NCBI GenBank assembly: GCA_963791045.1
Contig: CAWBQK010000014.1
Span: 1 to 13,549 of the forward strand
DNA from: Candidatus Latescibacterota bacterium
Lineage (GTDB): Bacteria; Krumholzibacteriota; Krumholzibacteriia; WVZY01
Length of the DNA stretch: 13,549 nucleotides
Direction of reading: 5' to 3'
Shown here: one piece after another, positions 1-8,800 of the stretch
How the letters are laid out: every line of letters starts with the position of its first letter
Numbering within the stretch: the stretch's first letter is position 1
Program-made: the position numbers and the translations under genes
The notes under the pieces: model-generated
The model's input: the letters and a program-made list of their open reading frames with translations, nothing else
What the model was told of the DNA's origin: nothing
The model's database searches: none

Positions 1-639
1 ACACTTAAGACCCCCGCAATCGTTCTCGTGGTTTCCGGCGGACACACATCGCTCTACAAAGTTGAAACGATCGGCCATTACGAGCTTCTCGGCAATACAC
101 GCGACGACGCCGCCGGTGAGGCGTTCGACAAGATCGCCAAGCTGCTCGATCTTGGTTTTCCCGGTGGACCGGTGATCGAGAAAACGGCGGAGCATGGCGA
201 CGCCGCGGCCATTGATTTCCCCCGGGCCATGATGAAGAAGGGCAATTTCGACTTCAGCTTCTCGGGCTTGAAAACGGCCGTGCGTTTGTACGTCGAATCA
301 CACAGCAAACGCGTCGAAAAGGATACGGCCGATATTGCCGCCTCCGCGCAGGAAGCGATCGTCGATGCGCTGGTTCAGAAAACAGTGGCTTGTGCCGAAG
401 CGAACGATATCCCGCACGTCTATCTTGCCGGTGGTGTCGCGGCGAACGGGCGGCTCCGAGAACGTTTCGCGGCCGAATGCGGAGAGCGTGGGATGACGTA
501 TCACGCTCCACTCCTCAGGTATTGCACGGATAACGGGGCAATGGTCGCTTGCACGGCGGCGCGTCATCTTGCCCGCGGCAAGGACGACAAACTTGCGCTC
601 GATGTCTTCACCCGTGGCGCAGTTTCTTCGTGGCGCTGA
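1..639 (+). CDS. tsaD: tRNA N6-adenosine threonylcarbamoyltransferase TsaD (Kae1/YgjD family), 5'-truncated by the window edge
   Basis: Frame is open from base 1 (TLKTPAIVLVVSGGHT...). Family motifs: SGGHT, TRDDAAGEAFDKIAKLL, GFPGGP, FSFSGLKT, GGVAAN, CTDNGAM. TGA stop at 637-639. The N-terminal HxxxH region is outside the window. Confidence 0.96.
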   Translation, partial: TLKTPAIVLVVSGGHTSLYKVETIGHYELLGNTRDDAAGEAFDKIAKLLDLGFPGGPVIEKTAEHGDAAAIDFPRAMMKKGNFDFSFSGLKTAVRLYVESHSKRVEKDTADIAASAQEAIVDALVQKTVACAEANDIPHVYLAGGVAANGRLRERFAAECGERGMTYHAPLLRYCTDNGAMVACTAARHLARGKDDKLALDVFTRGAVSSWR

Positions 640-895
640 CCTTTTCCGATTGTTCCTCGTCGCTCCTTGTTCTTCCCCGAAATTCTCTGAAGCGCCTCCA
701 GTCTTCGTAAATTCTTCGACCAAACCGCCCCCTATTTGGACAGCAAAACAAAAATTTCACGAGATAAGCGAGATCGGCATATTGCGTGCTTGGCTGTTCT
801 CGTCTGACTCAAGGGCTCTACACACAGAACCGACGACTTTGAACTCCGCAGCGTGATACAGCGCCTTGAGTTGCGAGATCCACGCTGTTCATGGC

Positions 896-911
896 TTGGC
901 ATACTAATTGC
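896..911 (+). promoter_or_regulatory. Sigma54 (RpoN) -24/-12 promoter of the signalling cassette
   Basis: TTGGCATACTAATTGC matches the TGGCAC-N5-TTGC consensus; GG (898-899) and GC (910-911) are separated by exactly 10 nt. It lies 43 nt upstream of the ATG at 955. Confidence 0.8.
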
Positions 912-954
912 CAACTCTATGAAAACAGGAAAGATCGAGAACCGGAGAGGATTC

Positions 955-1929
955 ATGTTAACAGCAGACAGCTCACCATACCGGATCCTGGTCGTCGATG
1001 ACGAACCTCACATCGTTCACATTCTCAAGTTCACGCTTGAGAAAGAGGGTTACCAGGTGTTCACCGCCGAGAACGGTCAGATCGCACTCGAGAAAGTCCA
1101 GGAAGTCAAGCCACACCTCGTGCTCCTGGATATCATGATGCCCGTTATGGACGGCTACGAAGTCTGTCGCAAAATGCGAGAAGACTTCAAAATGAACCAG
1201 ATACCCATAATCATGCTCTCCGCCAAGGGCGATCCGCTTGCCCGTGTGGAAGGGCTCGAGGGGGGCGCGAACGATTTCCTGGTCAAGCCGTATTCGAACG
1301 ACGAACTTTTGCTTCGAGTGAAAAACGTGCTCGAGTGGAACATCAAACAAAAGGAAGCCAATCCGCTGACCGGTCTTCCTGGAAACACGGCAATCGAACG
1401 CGAACTGAAAGTGAGAATCAACCGCAAAGAGCCGTACGCGTTTCTTTACATCGATATCGACAACTTTAAAGCTTTCAATGATTACTTCGGTTACCAAAAG
1501 GGCGACGAAATCATTTCGTATCTCGCGGAGATACTCACGAAATCCGTCGAAAAGCTAGGGGCCAAAGAAAACTTCGTCGGGCACATAGGCGGCGACGACT
1601 TCGTGCTTGTCACCGACCCTACCAGGGGGCAGTTCATGGCCAAGCACATCATCGACGAGTTCGACAAGGGCGCCATGTTTCTCCTCGGTGAAGAGGACGT
1701 CAAACGCGGGTATTTCGAAGTTCGTAATCGGCAGGGCGAAATCGCGCGTGTGACGTTGATGTCGATCACCATCGCGCTGGTTATCAGTACGGAAAACAAG
1801 ATCGAGCACTTCGCGGAAATCAACGATATCGCCAGTGACCTCAAGAAATACGGTAAAAAGGTCAAGGGCAGCGTTGTGATCAGGGAACGGCGTAACGACG
1901 CGGTGCCGAATGCCGCGCAGTCTGAATAG
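955..1929 (+). CDS. Response regulator-diguanylate cyclase (REC + GGDEF, variant GGDDF motif), 324 aa
   Basis: REC motifs: ILVVDDE, LLDIMMP (phospho-acceptor D), MLSAK, VKPY. GGDEF motifs: NPLTGLPG, YIDIDNFKAFNDYFGYQKGD, HIGGDDF. Start chosen at ATG 955 because SD GGAGAGG (944-950) precedes it and the upstream starts (853, 919) lie before or at the expected sigma54 transcription start. Confidence 0.92.
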   Translation: MLTADSSPYRILVVDDEPHIVHILKFTLEKEGYQVFTAENGQIALEKVQEVKPHLVLLDIMMPVMDGYEVCRKMREDFKMNQIPIIMLSAKGDPLARVEGLEGGANDFLVKPYSNDELLLRVKNVLEWNIKQKEANPLTGLPGNTAIERELKVRINRKEPYAFLYIDIDNFKAFNDYFGYQKGDEIISYLAEILTKSVEKLGAKENFVGHIGGDDFVLVTDPTRGQFMAKHIIDEFDKGAMFLLGEEDVKRGYFEVRNRQGEIARVTLMSITIALVISTENKIEHFAEINDIASDLKKYGKKVKGSVVIRERRNDAVPNAAQSE

Positions 1930-1965
1930 AATTCAACGGCACTGCGGCGTTTCCGGAGGTCTGAA

Positions 1966-2793
1966 ATGAAGGTTCAGACAGAATTGAGAACATCGGCAGA
2001 TCTCTTGAAGATCGTCAACGAGGCGGTCACGGAGGCCGATGTCCTGCGTAAACGCCTGGGGAAATTTGAGAAAACTCTGCTCTCCACGAGGCTGATTATG
2101 GGGCACGAGCTCAAGAGGCCGGCAACGGCGATAAAAGGCTACCTTGACCTCGCTCTCGAAGATTCTCAAGAAATGAACGACGACGTAGTCGACATGATCA
2201 GAAAAGCAAAAAACGAGTGCCGACTTCTCGATGAACTCAATTCGTTTTATCTCCACCTTCTCCGTATCGACGGCAATACGAGCACAGCAGCCTTTGAAGC
2301 GGTGGACGTTGCCTCTTGCGTGGACGGAGTCCTCGATCAAATACCCGAGGGACTCGACGCACCAAACAGGGTGGCGGTGACTATGTCGACGGGCGCTTCT
2401 GTTTTCAGAACGAATCCGAGTGTCTTAAGAATCGTTGTCGCGAACCTGATCGAGAATGCTCTCATGTATTCGAAGGATGGATCACGGGTACACGTAAACA
2501 TTGAAAGAGCGGAAGAGAAAAGAGGAATGGATGAAGCCGATCTTTTGAAGATCAGCATCGAGGATACGGGAAAGGGAATCCCAAACGACTTCATCCAGAA
2601 AATATTTCGTCCTTTCGTTCGGCTACAGGATGACATCACCGACGGTTCAGGACTTGGTTTGACGCTGGTCCGGAGTCTGGTCGAATTGTATGGCGGAAGC
2701 GTCTATATACGAAGTGAAGAAAACAACGGGACGGCAGTCCACGTTACCATCCCAGAAACGGCGAAAGCCGAGGAACCATCGGTGTTATCATGA
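1966..2793 (+). CDS. Small cytoplasmic histidine kinase (HisKA-like + HATPase_c) with no sensor domain, 275 aa
   Basis: SD GGAGGT 1955-1960. H-box GHELKRP (His47), N-box NLIENALMYS, G1 DTGKGIP, F-box KIFRPF, G2 GSGLGL. Only ~45 aa of helical, coiled-coil-like sequence precede the H-box; no TM segment. Confidence 0.9.
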   Translation: MKVQTELRTSADLLKIVNEAVTEADVLRKRLGKFEKTLLSTRLIMGHELKRPATAIKGYLDLALEDSQEMNDDVVDMIRKAKNECRLLDELNSFYLHLLRIDGNTSTAAFEAVDVASCVDGVLDQIPEGLDAPNRVAVTMSTGASVFRTNPSVLRIVVANLIENALMYSKDGSRVHVNIERAEEKRGMDEADLLKISIEDTGKGIPNDFIQKIFRPFVRLQDDITDGSGLGLTLVRSLVELYGGSVYIRSEENNGTAVHVTIPETAKAEEPSVLS

Positions 2794-5700
2794 GAGGGCT
2801 AATAGCAAAAAGTTGTGGCTATGACACGGGAAGCAATACAAACCCGGTAAACGCGCTTCGGCTGCGTATGATCGAGCTTCTGGCATTCTTTATCATTGTT
2901 TTTGTCGCAAAGGAAATTGCCGGTTTTGTTTACGAATCCGAGCGGATCTTATTGCTCTTTCTCGGTGCCGTCGTTCTCCAGGGCGGAGGTCAGGCGTCGT
3001 GGATGTGCGTGGCGGGCCGTTTCGACTGGTCGACGAAGAAGGTCAATGACACCTTGATGTGGTATTCGAGCGCGGTGGATCTTGCCACCGTCCTCGGTAT
3101 CGTTCACTTCACCGGGGGAGTTGGAAGTCCTTTTTTGCTTCTCCTCGTCGTTCCGCTGTTCTTCGTGAGTCATATGTCGGATGGCCGTGCGACTCCGCTG
3201 GTCTATCTTGCGGTCACGGTTGTCGGCGCATCGACTCTCGGTTTTCTCGAGTTGCGGGAGATCATCCCGCACTTTAATTGTTATCCGTTCGCGAATGATG
3301 TTTATCTGAACACTCATTTCTATATCGGCTCATTGCTCGTGTTGACGGGCTTCCTCGGGTTGATCCTCTTTCTCTCGACGGCGTTCCAGTACCGATTTAC
3401 CGACTCTGTGAACCTGCTCCGCGAGAAAGACAAAGAAGCCAAGCACAAAATTGAAGAGCTTTCAAAGCTCTACGACATAAGTCTCGGTATTAACGCGGTG
3501 ATGACCGTCGAAACGCTTCTCAAGATGGTTGCCAAAGAAGCAACGTTGATGGTGGCGGGTCCGTGGTCGAGCATCGTGTTGTTCAATACAAAGCATGAGA
3601 TCACTCACGCCGTCACCGTGGGCCTGTCGCACGATCGCGACGCGGCATTCGACGCGAACGGTAAAATCGGCGCGTTGACAAAGAAAATATCCGAACAGAA
3701 AAAGCCCGTTATAATAGATGATGTCCGATCGAACAAGATGGCGATAGAAGAAGGCGTGTTCGAGGCGGCGCAGATCAGTTCAATGATCGGTATTCCGCTC
3801 AACACGGGCCAGAAAGTCATTGGCGTCGTCTATGTGGGAGATGTCGCTGAGAGAAAATTCGAAGACGATGGGCTGAGGCTTCTCTCCATAATGTGCGATC
3901 AACTCGTGATTGCAATCGCCAAAAGCACACTCTATGAGTCGCTGCACCGCAAGATTGAACGTTACGAGACCAAAATCGACGAACTTGAAAACGTAAATCA
4001 ACTCAAGCTGGAGTACGTATCCCACGTATCCCACGAGTTGCGGACGCCGTTGACATCGATCAAGGCATATGTCGAAACGCTCGAAGAGCATGCCGAAAAT
4101 CCGGAGTTCAAGGAATCCAAGGTGTTCCTGGGGATCGTTCGTAAGGAAACGGAACGACTGATCCGGATCGTGAATGACATTCTCGATGTATCGAATATCG
4201 AGTTCGGAGAACGTCCGCTGAACAAAAAGACCCTTAACCTCGCCGAGATCATCGACGAGGTGTCATCGATGCTTCGTCCAAAACTCGAAAGCAAAAACAT
4301 AAAACTCAGAGTGAAGCTCCCCGAAGAACTCCCGCGCGTGGACGCGGACAGGGATCTTACGTCCCAGATTTTCATCAACCTCATCAACAACGCGGTCAAG
4401 TACTCTCCGGAGGGAACGACAATCACCGTCCGCGCCAAGGAAGAGCCGGTCAATGTCGAGATCGCCATCGAGGATGAGGGCATCGGTATTCCGCGAACGT
4501 CTGTCGGCAAGATTTTCGACCGCTACTACCGGGTAAAGTCCGAGAAATCAAGAAGAGACGACGGCGTGGGCCTGGGCTTGGCTATCGTCAAGAACATCAT
4601 CGACCGCCACGGCGGGACCATACACGTCGAGAGTCAGGAAGGCGTCGGTAGCCAGTTCGTATTCAGTCTTCCGAAGGAACACTGCGTGAACGATCTGCTC
4701 GGTTACCTTTCCGACGTGATCAGTTCCAAGTCAGAACTGCACGAGATGTTGAATCTCATCGTGCGTATGATCGCCGAACTGTTGTCCGCGAAGATCATTT
4801 CGCTGATGCTTCTCGATCGAACTCGTTCGGAACTCTTTATAAAGGTTTCGTACGGTCTCGATGAATGGATCGTCGAACAGGCGCGGGCGAAGGTCGGCGA
4901 GGGTATTGCGGGTAAAGTCGCCGCCACCGGCCGTCCACTGCTCATCGACAATATCGAGAACAACAAGGTTCACAGCACACCGAACAAAGTTCAGTACGAA
5001 ACGCTGTCGCTGCTGAGCGCGCCACTTATCGTCAATGGGACGGTCGTTGGTGTGATAAACGTGAACAACAAGCTCTCGGGAACGCCGTTCAACCAGGATG
5101 ATCTCAACTTGCTGATGTCGTTCGGCGAGAGAATCTCTAAAGCTCTTGAGCGGCTCCGCGCGAGCGCTGGGTCGGAAATGCATCTTGGTGACACCGTCAA
5201 GGCGCTGAGGAAAATGGTGGACAGGCAGGTCGAGACGAAGGCTATCGAAAAGATCGTCGATCTGGCCGTAAAAACCTCGAGAAAGCTCAAGTTGAACGAG
5301 AAGGAAGTCAAAGTCATTCAGTACGTGGCGAGTGTTCACGATATCGGAATGACAAAAGTAAGCGACGATATCCTCAACAAGACATTCAACTTGTCGTCCG
5401 AGGAAGTCAAACAGATCCAGGGACACCCGCAAAAAGGCACGGACCTGATGAGACCTCTCGAATTCGTCGAGCTCGTCAGTAACATAATTCTATATCACCA
5501 CGAGAGAGTTGACGGGTTGGGTTACCCGATGGGGCTTTCGGGTGACGATATACCGTTGGGTTCGCGGATTCTCGCCGTGATCGACGCTTACCAGTCGATG
5601 ACGGATTCGAAGCCATACAGGAACGCGTTGACTCCGCAAGAGGCGGTCAAGGAATTGATCGACTGCGCGGGTCGCCAGTTTGATTCGGTTGTTGTAGACA

Positions 5701-5801
5701 AATTCGTCGAAGTTCTGGTGGACGACAAAGAGATGTCCAAACAGCACGCGGGCGAATCCAAGAAGAAACTCAGAGAGGTCGTCAAAAGCGGTTCGTACTG
5801 A
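2790..5801 (+). CDS. Membrane sensor histidine kinase with C-terminal GAF and HD-GYP-like domains (TM-GAF-HisKA-HATPase-GAF-HD-GYP), 1003 aa
   Basis: ATGA overlap with the upstream stop. About 5-6 hydrophobic segments in the first 200 aa; GAF (MIGIPL...VIGVVYVGD); H-box SHELRTPLTSIKAY; NLINNAVKYS; DEGIGIP; GVGLGL; second GAF (VGEGIAGKVA...SAPL...GVINVNNK); HDIG...HHERVDGLGYP...RILAVID. Confidence 0.92.
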   Translation: MRGLIAKSCGYDTGSNTNPVNALRLRMIELLAFFIIVFVAKEIAGFVYESERILLLFLGAVVLQGGGQASWMCVAGRFDWSTKKVNDTLMWYSSAVDLATVLGIVHFTGGVGSPFLLLLVVPLFFVSHMSDGRATPLVYLAVTVVGASTLGFLELREIIPHFNCYPFANDVYLNTHFYIGSLLVLTGFLGLILFLSTAFQYRFTDSVNLLREKDKEAKHKIEELSKLYDISLGINAVMTVETLLKMVAKEATLMVAGPWSSIVLFNTKHEITHAVTVGLSHDRDAAFDANGKIGALTKKISEQKKPVIIDDVRSNKMAIEEGVFEAAQISSMIGIPLNTGQKVIGVVYVGDVAERKFEDDGLRLLSIMCDQLVIAIAKSTLYESLHRKIERYETKIDELENVNQLKLEYVSHVSHELRTPLTSIKAYVETLEEHAENPEFKESKVFLGIVRKETERLIRIVNDILDVSNIEFGERPLNKKTLNLAEIIDEVSSMLRPKLESKNIKLRVKLPEELPRVDADRDLTSQIFINLINNAVKYSPEGTTITVRAKEEPVNVEIAIEDEGIGIPRTSVGKIFDRYYRVKSEKSRRDDGVGLGLAIVKNIIDRHGGTIHVESQEGVGSQFVFSLPKEHCVNDLLGYLSDVISSKSELHEMLNLIVRMIAELLSAKIISLMLLDRTRSELFIKVSYGLDEWIVEQARAKVGEGIAGKVAATGRPLLIDNIENNKVHSTPNKVQYETLSLLSAPLIVNGTVVGVINVNNKLSGTPFNQDDLNLLMSFGERISKALERLRASAGSEMHLGDTVKALRKMVDRQVETKAIEKIVDLAVKTSRKLKLNEKEVKVIQYVASVHDIGMTKVSDDILNKTFNLSSEEVKQIQGHPQKGTDLMRPLEFVELVSNIILYHHERVDGLGYPMGLSGDDIPLGSRILAVIDAYQSMTDSKPYRNALTPQEAVKELIDCAGRQFDSVVVDKFVEVLVDDKEMSKQHAGESKKKLREVVKSGSY

Positions 5802-5825
5802 TACGAATTGGATCGGGTTTAAACA

Positions 5826-8800
5826 ATGTCCGTATTCAGCCAGGCAATACAATTTGGCGAGGCCGGGATAGCCGGGTACCTCCTTCTGATGGGAGTACTG
5901 GGGAGCCTCGCCTTCTTTTCGATATGGCGTGGGCGTAAGACCCTGTTTGGCGGCGTTCTGGTCCCGCTGTTCTATGCCCTTCTCGTCTTCGCCGCGGCGC
6001 GTGTGACGTTCCTGAACTATCGTCTGGTGTCGGTCGAAGCGAACTTTGCGCGGTTGTTGATATTCTCCGTGGTTGGGTTCGCCAGTATCTACCTCTTCGC
6101 GCTGACGCTGATCAAGCTCGCCGATCGCAAGGCCGAGACGACAGACGAGCCCGAAGAGAAATCCGACAAGCCCGCAATAAACCGAACCAAAGTGCTTTTC
6201 CGTGAGACGTTTTATCTGGGACTGGTCGGCGCTTTCTTGTTTGTCGTTCGACCGTCTTCGGAGTCGGTCGCATCATTTGCGCTTGGAGTCGCAAACTTCG
6301 TTGTAGTGGGAGCGACAATACGGTTAATCGCTTTCGCCGTCGGACAAATACCGCGATGCCCGAGGGAAATGAGAATCGGCCTATTCGCCGTCATGGGCGT
6401 CGTCACGCTTTCGTGGATACTTTATGAGATTACACCACTGGTACCGGAGGCGCCGGCGTACTGGACTCTTGTCGCCGCGCGTTGGGCGGACGTTCTCACC
6501 ATGGTCCTTGTAACGGGCACGTTGTTCTCCACGTACGTCGTTTGGGCCACGCAAAGTCATGCCGCGGCCACGCAAAACCGCGACGAAATGCAAACAGCCC
6601 AGTCCGAACTGGCCAAGATCAATAAAATCGCCAAAGACATATACGAAGACAGCAACGACCTCATGGTCAAGCAGAAGGAACAGGCGCTCGCGTCGATGAA
6701 ACGTGCCGACGGGTTGGAAAAGATACTCGAAATGGGGATCGCCATTCAGCTCCGGGAGAATCTCGACGACGTTCTTCAGCTTATTGTGGGACTGATCAAT
6801 AAGAACGTGGGCTTCAAGACGGTGACGATAAGGTTGCTCAACGAAGAATCTCAAAGCTTTGAAACCAGGGCGCATGTCGGTTTGAGCCCGGAACAACAGG
6901 AAGAGATCGTCAGCTATCGAATTCCCATGTCGGAATTCGAGAAAATGGCGGATCCGCGGTTCCGTATCAGCCGCAGCTATTTCATAAAGGCCGAGAACCC
7001 ATGGATCGGCGAGACACTTTCGGCGGAGGCGACCGTCCTCACCGAGAGTTCCTGGAACGAAATTGAAATGCTGGTTGTGCCGTTGATAAACGACGAAGAG
7101 AGCATCGCCGGGTACTTCACCGTCGAGAACATCGAAAAGCCCGACCAGTCGCTGAGCGATGTCATTGAGACACTCGAACACGTCGCCGAAATGGCTGTGG
7201 TTGGCATACGAAACGCGAAAATCTTCGAGGAACTCAAGAAGAAGGATGACCAGCTCAAGAGTTTTACCGAGAAACTGACCAGTCTTAACAAAATGAAGTC
7301 GAATTTCGTGGCGACGATATCGCACGAATTCAGGACGCCGCTGACATCGATCAAGGCGTACTGCGACACGCTCATCAAGAACGCCGACAGCGTCGACAAG
7401 GAGCTTCTCAAGGAGTTTCTCTTTGTAATCGATGAGGAGAGCGGCCGTCTGATGACTCTCGTTGAAGACATTCTGGATTTTTCCCAGATCGAGTCGGGCG
7501 CAATGAACTTCGAGCGTCGGCCATGTAATCTCAATCAAATCCTGAACGGTGCCACGACTGAGCTGGCGAAGAACTTCCAGTTGAAAGAAATTACTCTTCA
7601 CCAGGAGCTTCCGCCGACGAACCTCATTATTCATGCTGAGAAGGACTTGGTAAAACAGCTCGTTGTGAATCTCCTCCACAATGCGTCCAAATTCTCGAAA
7701 CCGGGCGGGAACGTGTGGGTGAGGCTGGAAGAGGAAGTCGCGGCGGCGAGGCTTATCGTCGAAGACGATGGCATCGGAATCCCGGAAGATCAGCTGGATA
7801 AAGTGTTCGAACAGTTCCACCAGGTTGACAATACGTCGACACGGGAACACGGTGGGTCCGGGTTGGGTCTCGCTCTGTGCAGAAGCATAGTGGATTGGCA
7901 TGACGGCAGGATCTGGGTGCAGAACATCCAGGGCGGCGGAGCTCGTTTTGTCGCCGTGATTCCAAAGAAACACGTCGTCGTTCGGTCGCACGTAATGAAT
8001 GTATCAAGCACGGTGAGACGCTTCGAGATCGAAAAATTCCTCGAACTCATCGTGGAAAACATCGCCGAGCTCATGGGTTCAGCGAAGATATCCCTTATGC
8101 TCGTTGATCGAATTACCAAAGAACTCCGTATCGAAGGCGCGATAGGTATTCAGAAGGAAGTTGTCGAACATGCCAGAGTGAAGGTGGGCGAGGGAATATC
8201 AGGCAAAGTCGTTGCCGAGGGGAAACCGATGCTCGTTGAGGATATCGAAGCCGATAAACGGGTGGCCAGGAGCAACAACGAGCCTGTTTATGGATCGAAA
8301 TCCTTCCTCAGCGTGCCGATCGTGGGCGATTTCGAAGTTCTCGGTGTCGTTAATGTCTCGAGCCCCGTGGGGCGTCCGACGTACAACGAACGTGACCTCG
8401 AGCTGCTCGTTCTCTTTGCCGAACGGCTTGCTATAGCCCTCGGCAAGCTCGAGAGTTTCACCAACGCTTCAACGGTCTACGAGGAAACGCGGGAAACATT
8501 CCAGGCGATCCTCGAAGCTAAACGCTTTGTCGAAACACGCGACAACAATCTCATCGTGGAAATTGTCGCCAGGACGGCGAGGAAGCTCGGGTTGAGCGAC
8601 GAAATGGTAATCGCCCTCCCATACATTCTCAATGTGTACGACCTGGGGCTCGCGTCGATTTCGAGTCATATTCTTACGAAACCAAGGGAGCTCTCCCCGC
8701 AGGACAGGGAAGAGATAGAAACCCACACGATTTTGGGCAACGAACTTCTCAAGTCGATCGAGCCCGATTCGAACGTCAGGGATATCGTTCTCTATCATCA

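Noticed and set aside
853-954. N-terminal extension of the REC-GGDEF ORF from GTG 853 or ATG 919
   Set aside because: It overlaps the sigma54 promoter and expected transcription start and has no domain-like sequence; ATG 955 has a clear SD and sits right before the REC domain.
569-956. Short ORFs in the tsaD-cyclase intergenic region (569-856 +, 732-956 -, 298-723 -)
   Set aside because: They overlap tsaD or the promoter, lack SD sequences and have no recognisable protein features.
1489-1506. Classical Hypr-GGDEF (GacA-type) cGAMP synthase
   Set aside because: The signature position retains Asp (GYQKGD) rather than Ser/Thr, so it is not a Hypr enzyme by the established criterion.
6381-7991. 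536-aa ORF on the minus strand, and other long antisense ORFs (e.g. 4731-5432, 11014-11727, 973-1497)
   Set aside because: They lie entirely opposite motif-rich genes and show no recognisable domains; consistent with shadow ORFs caused by codon bias.
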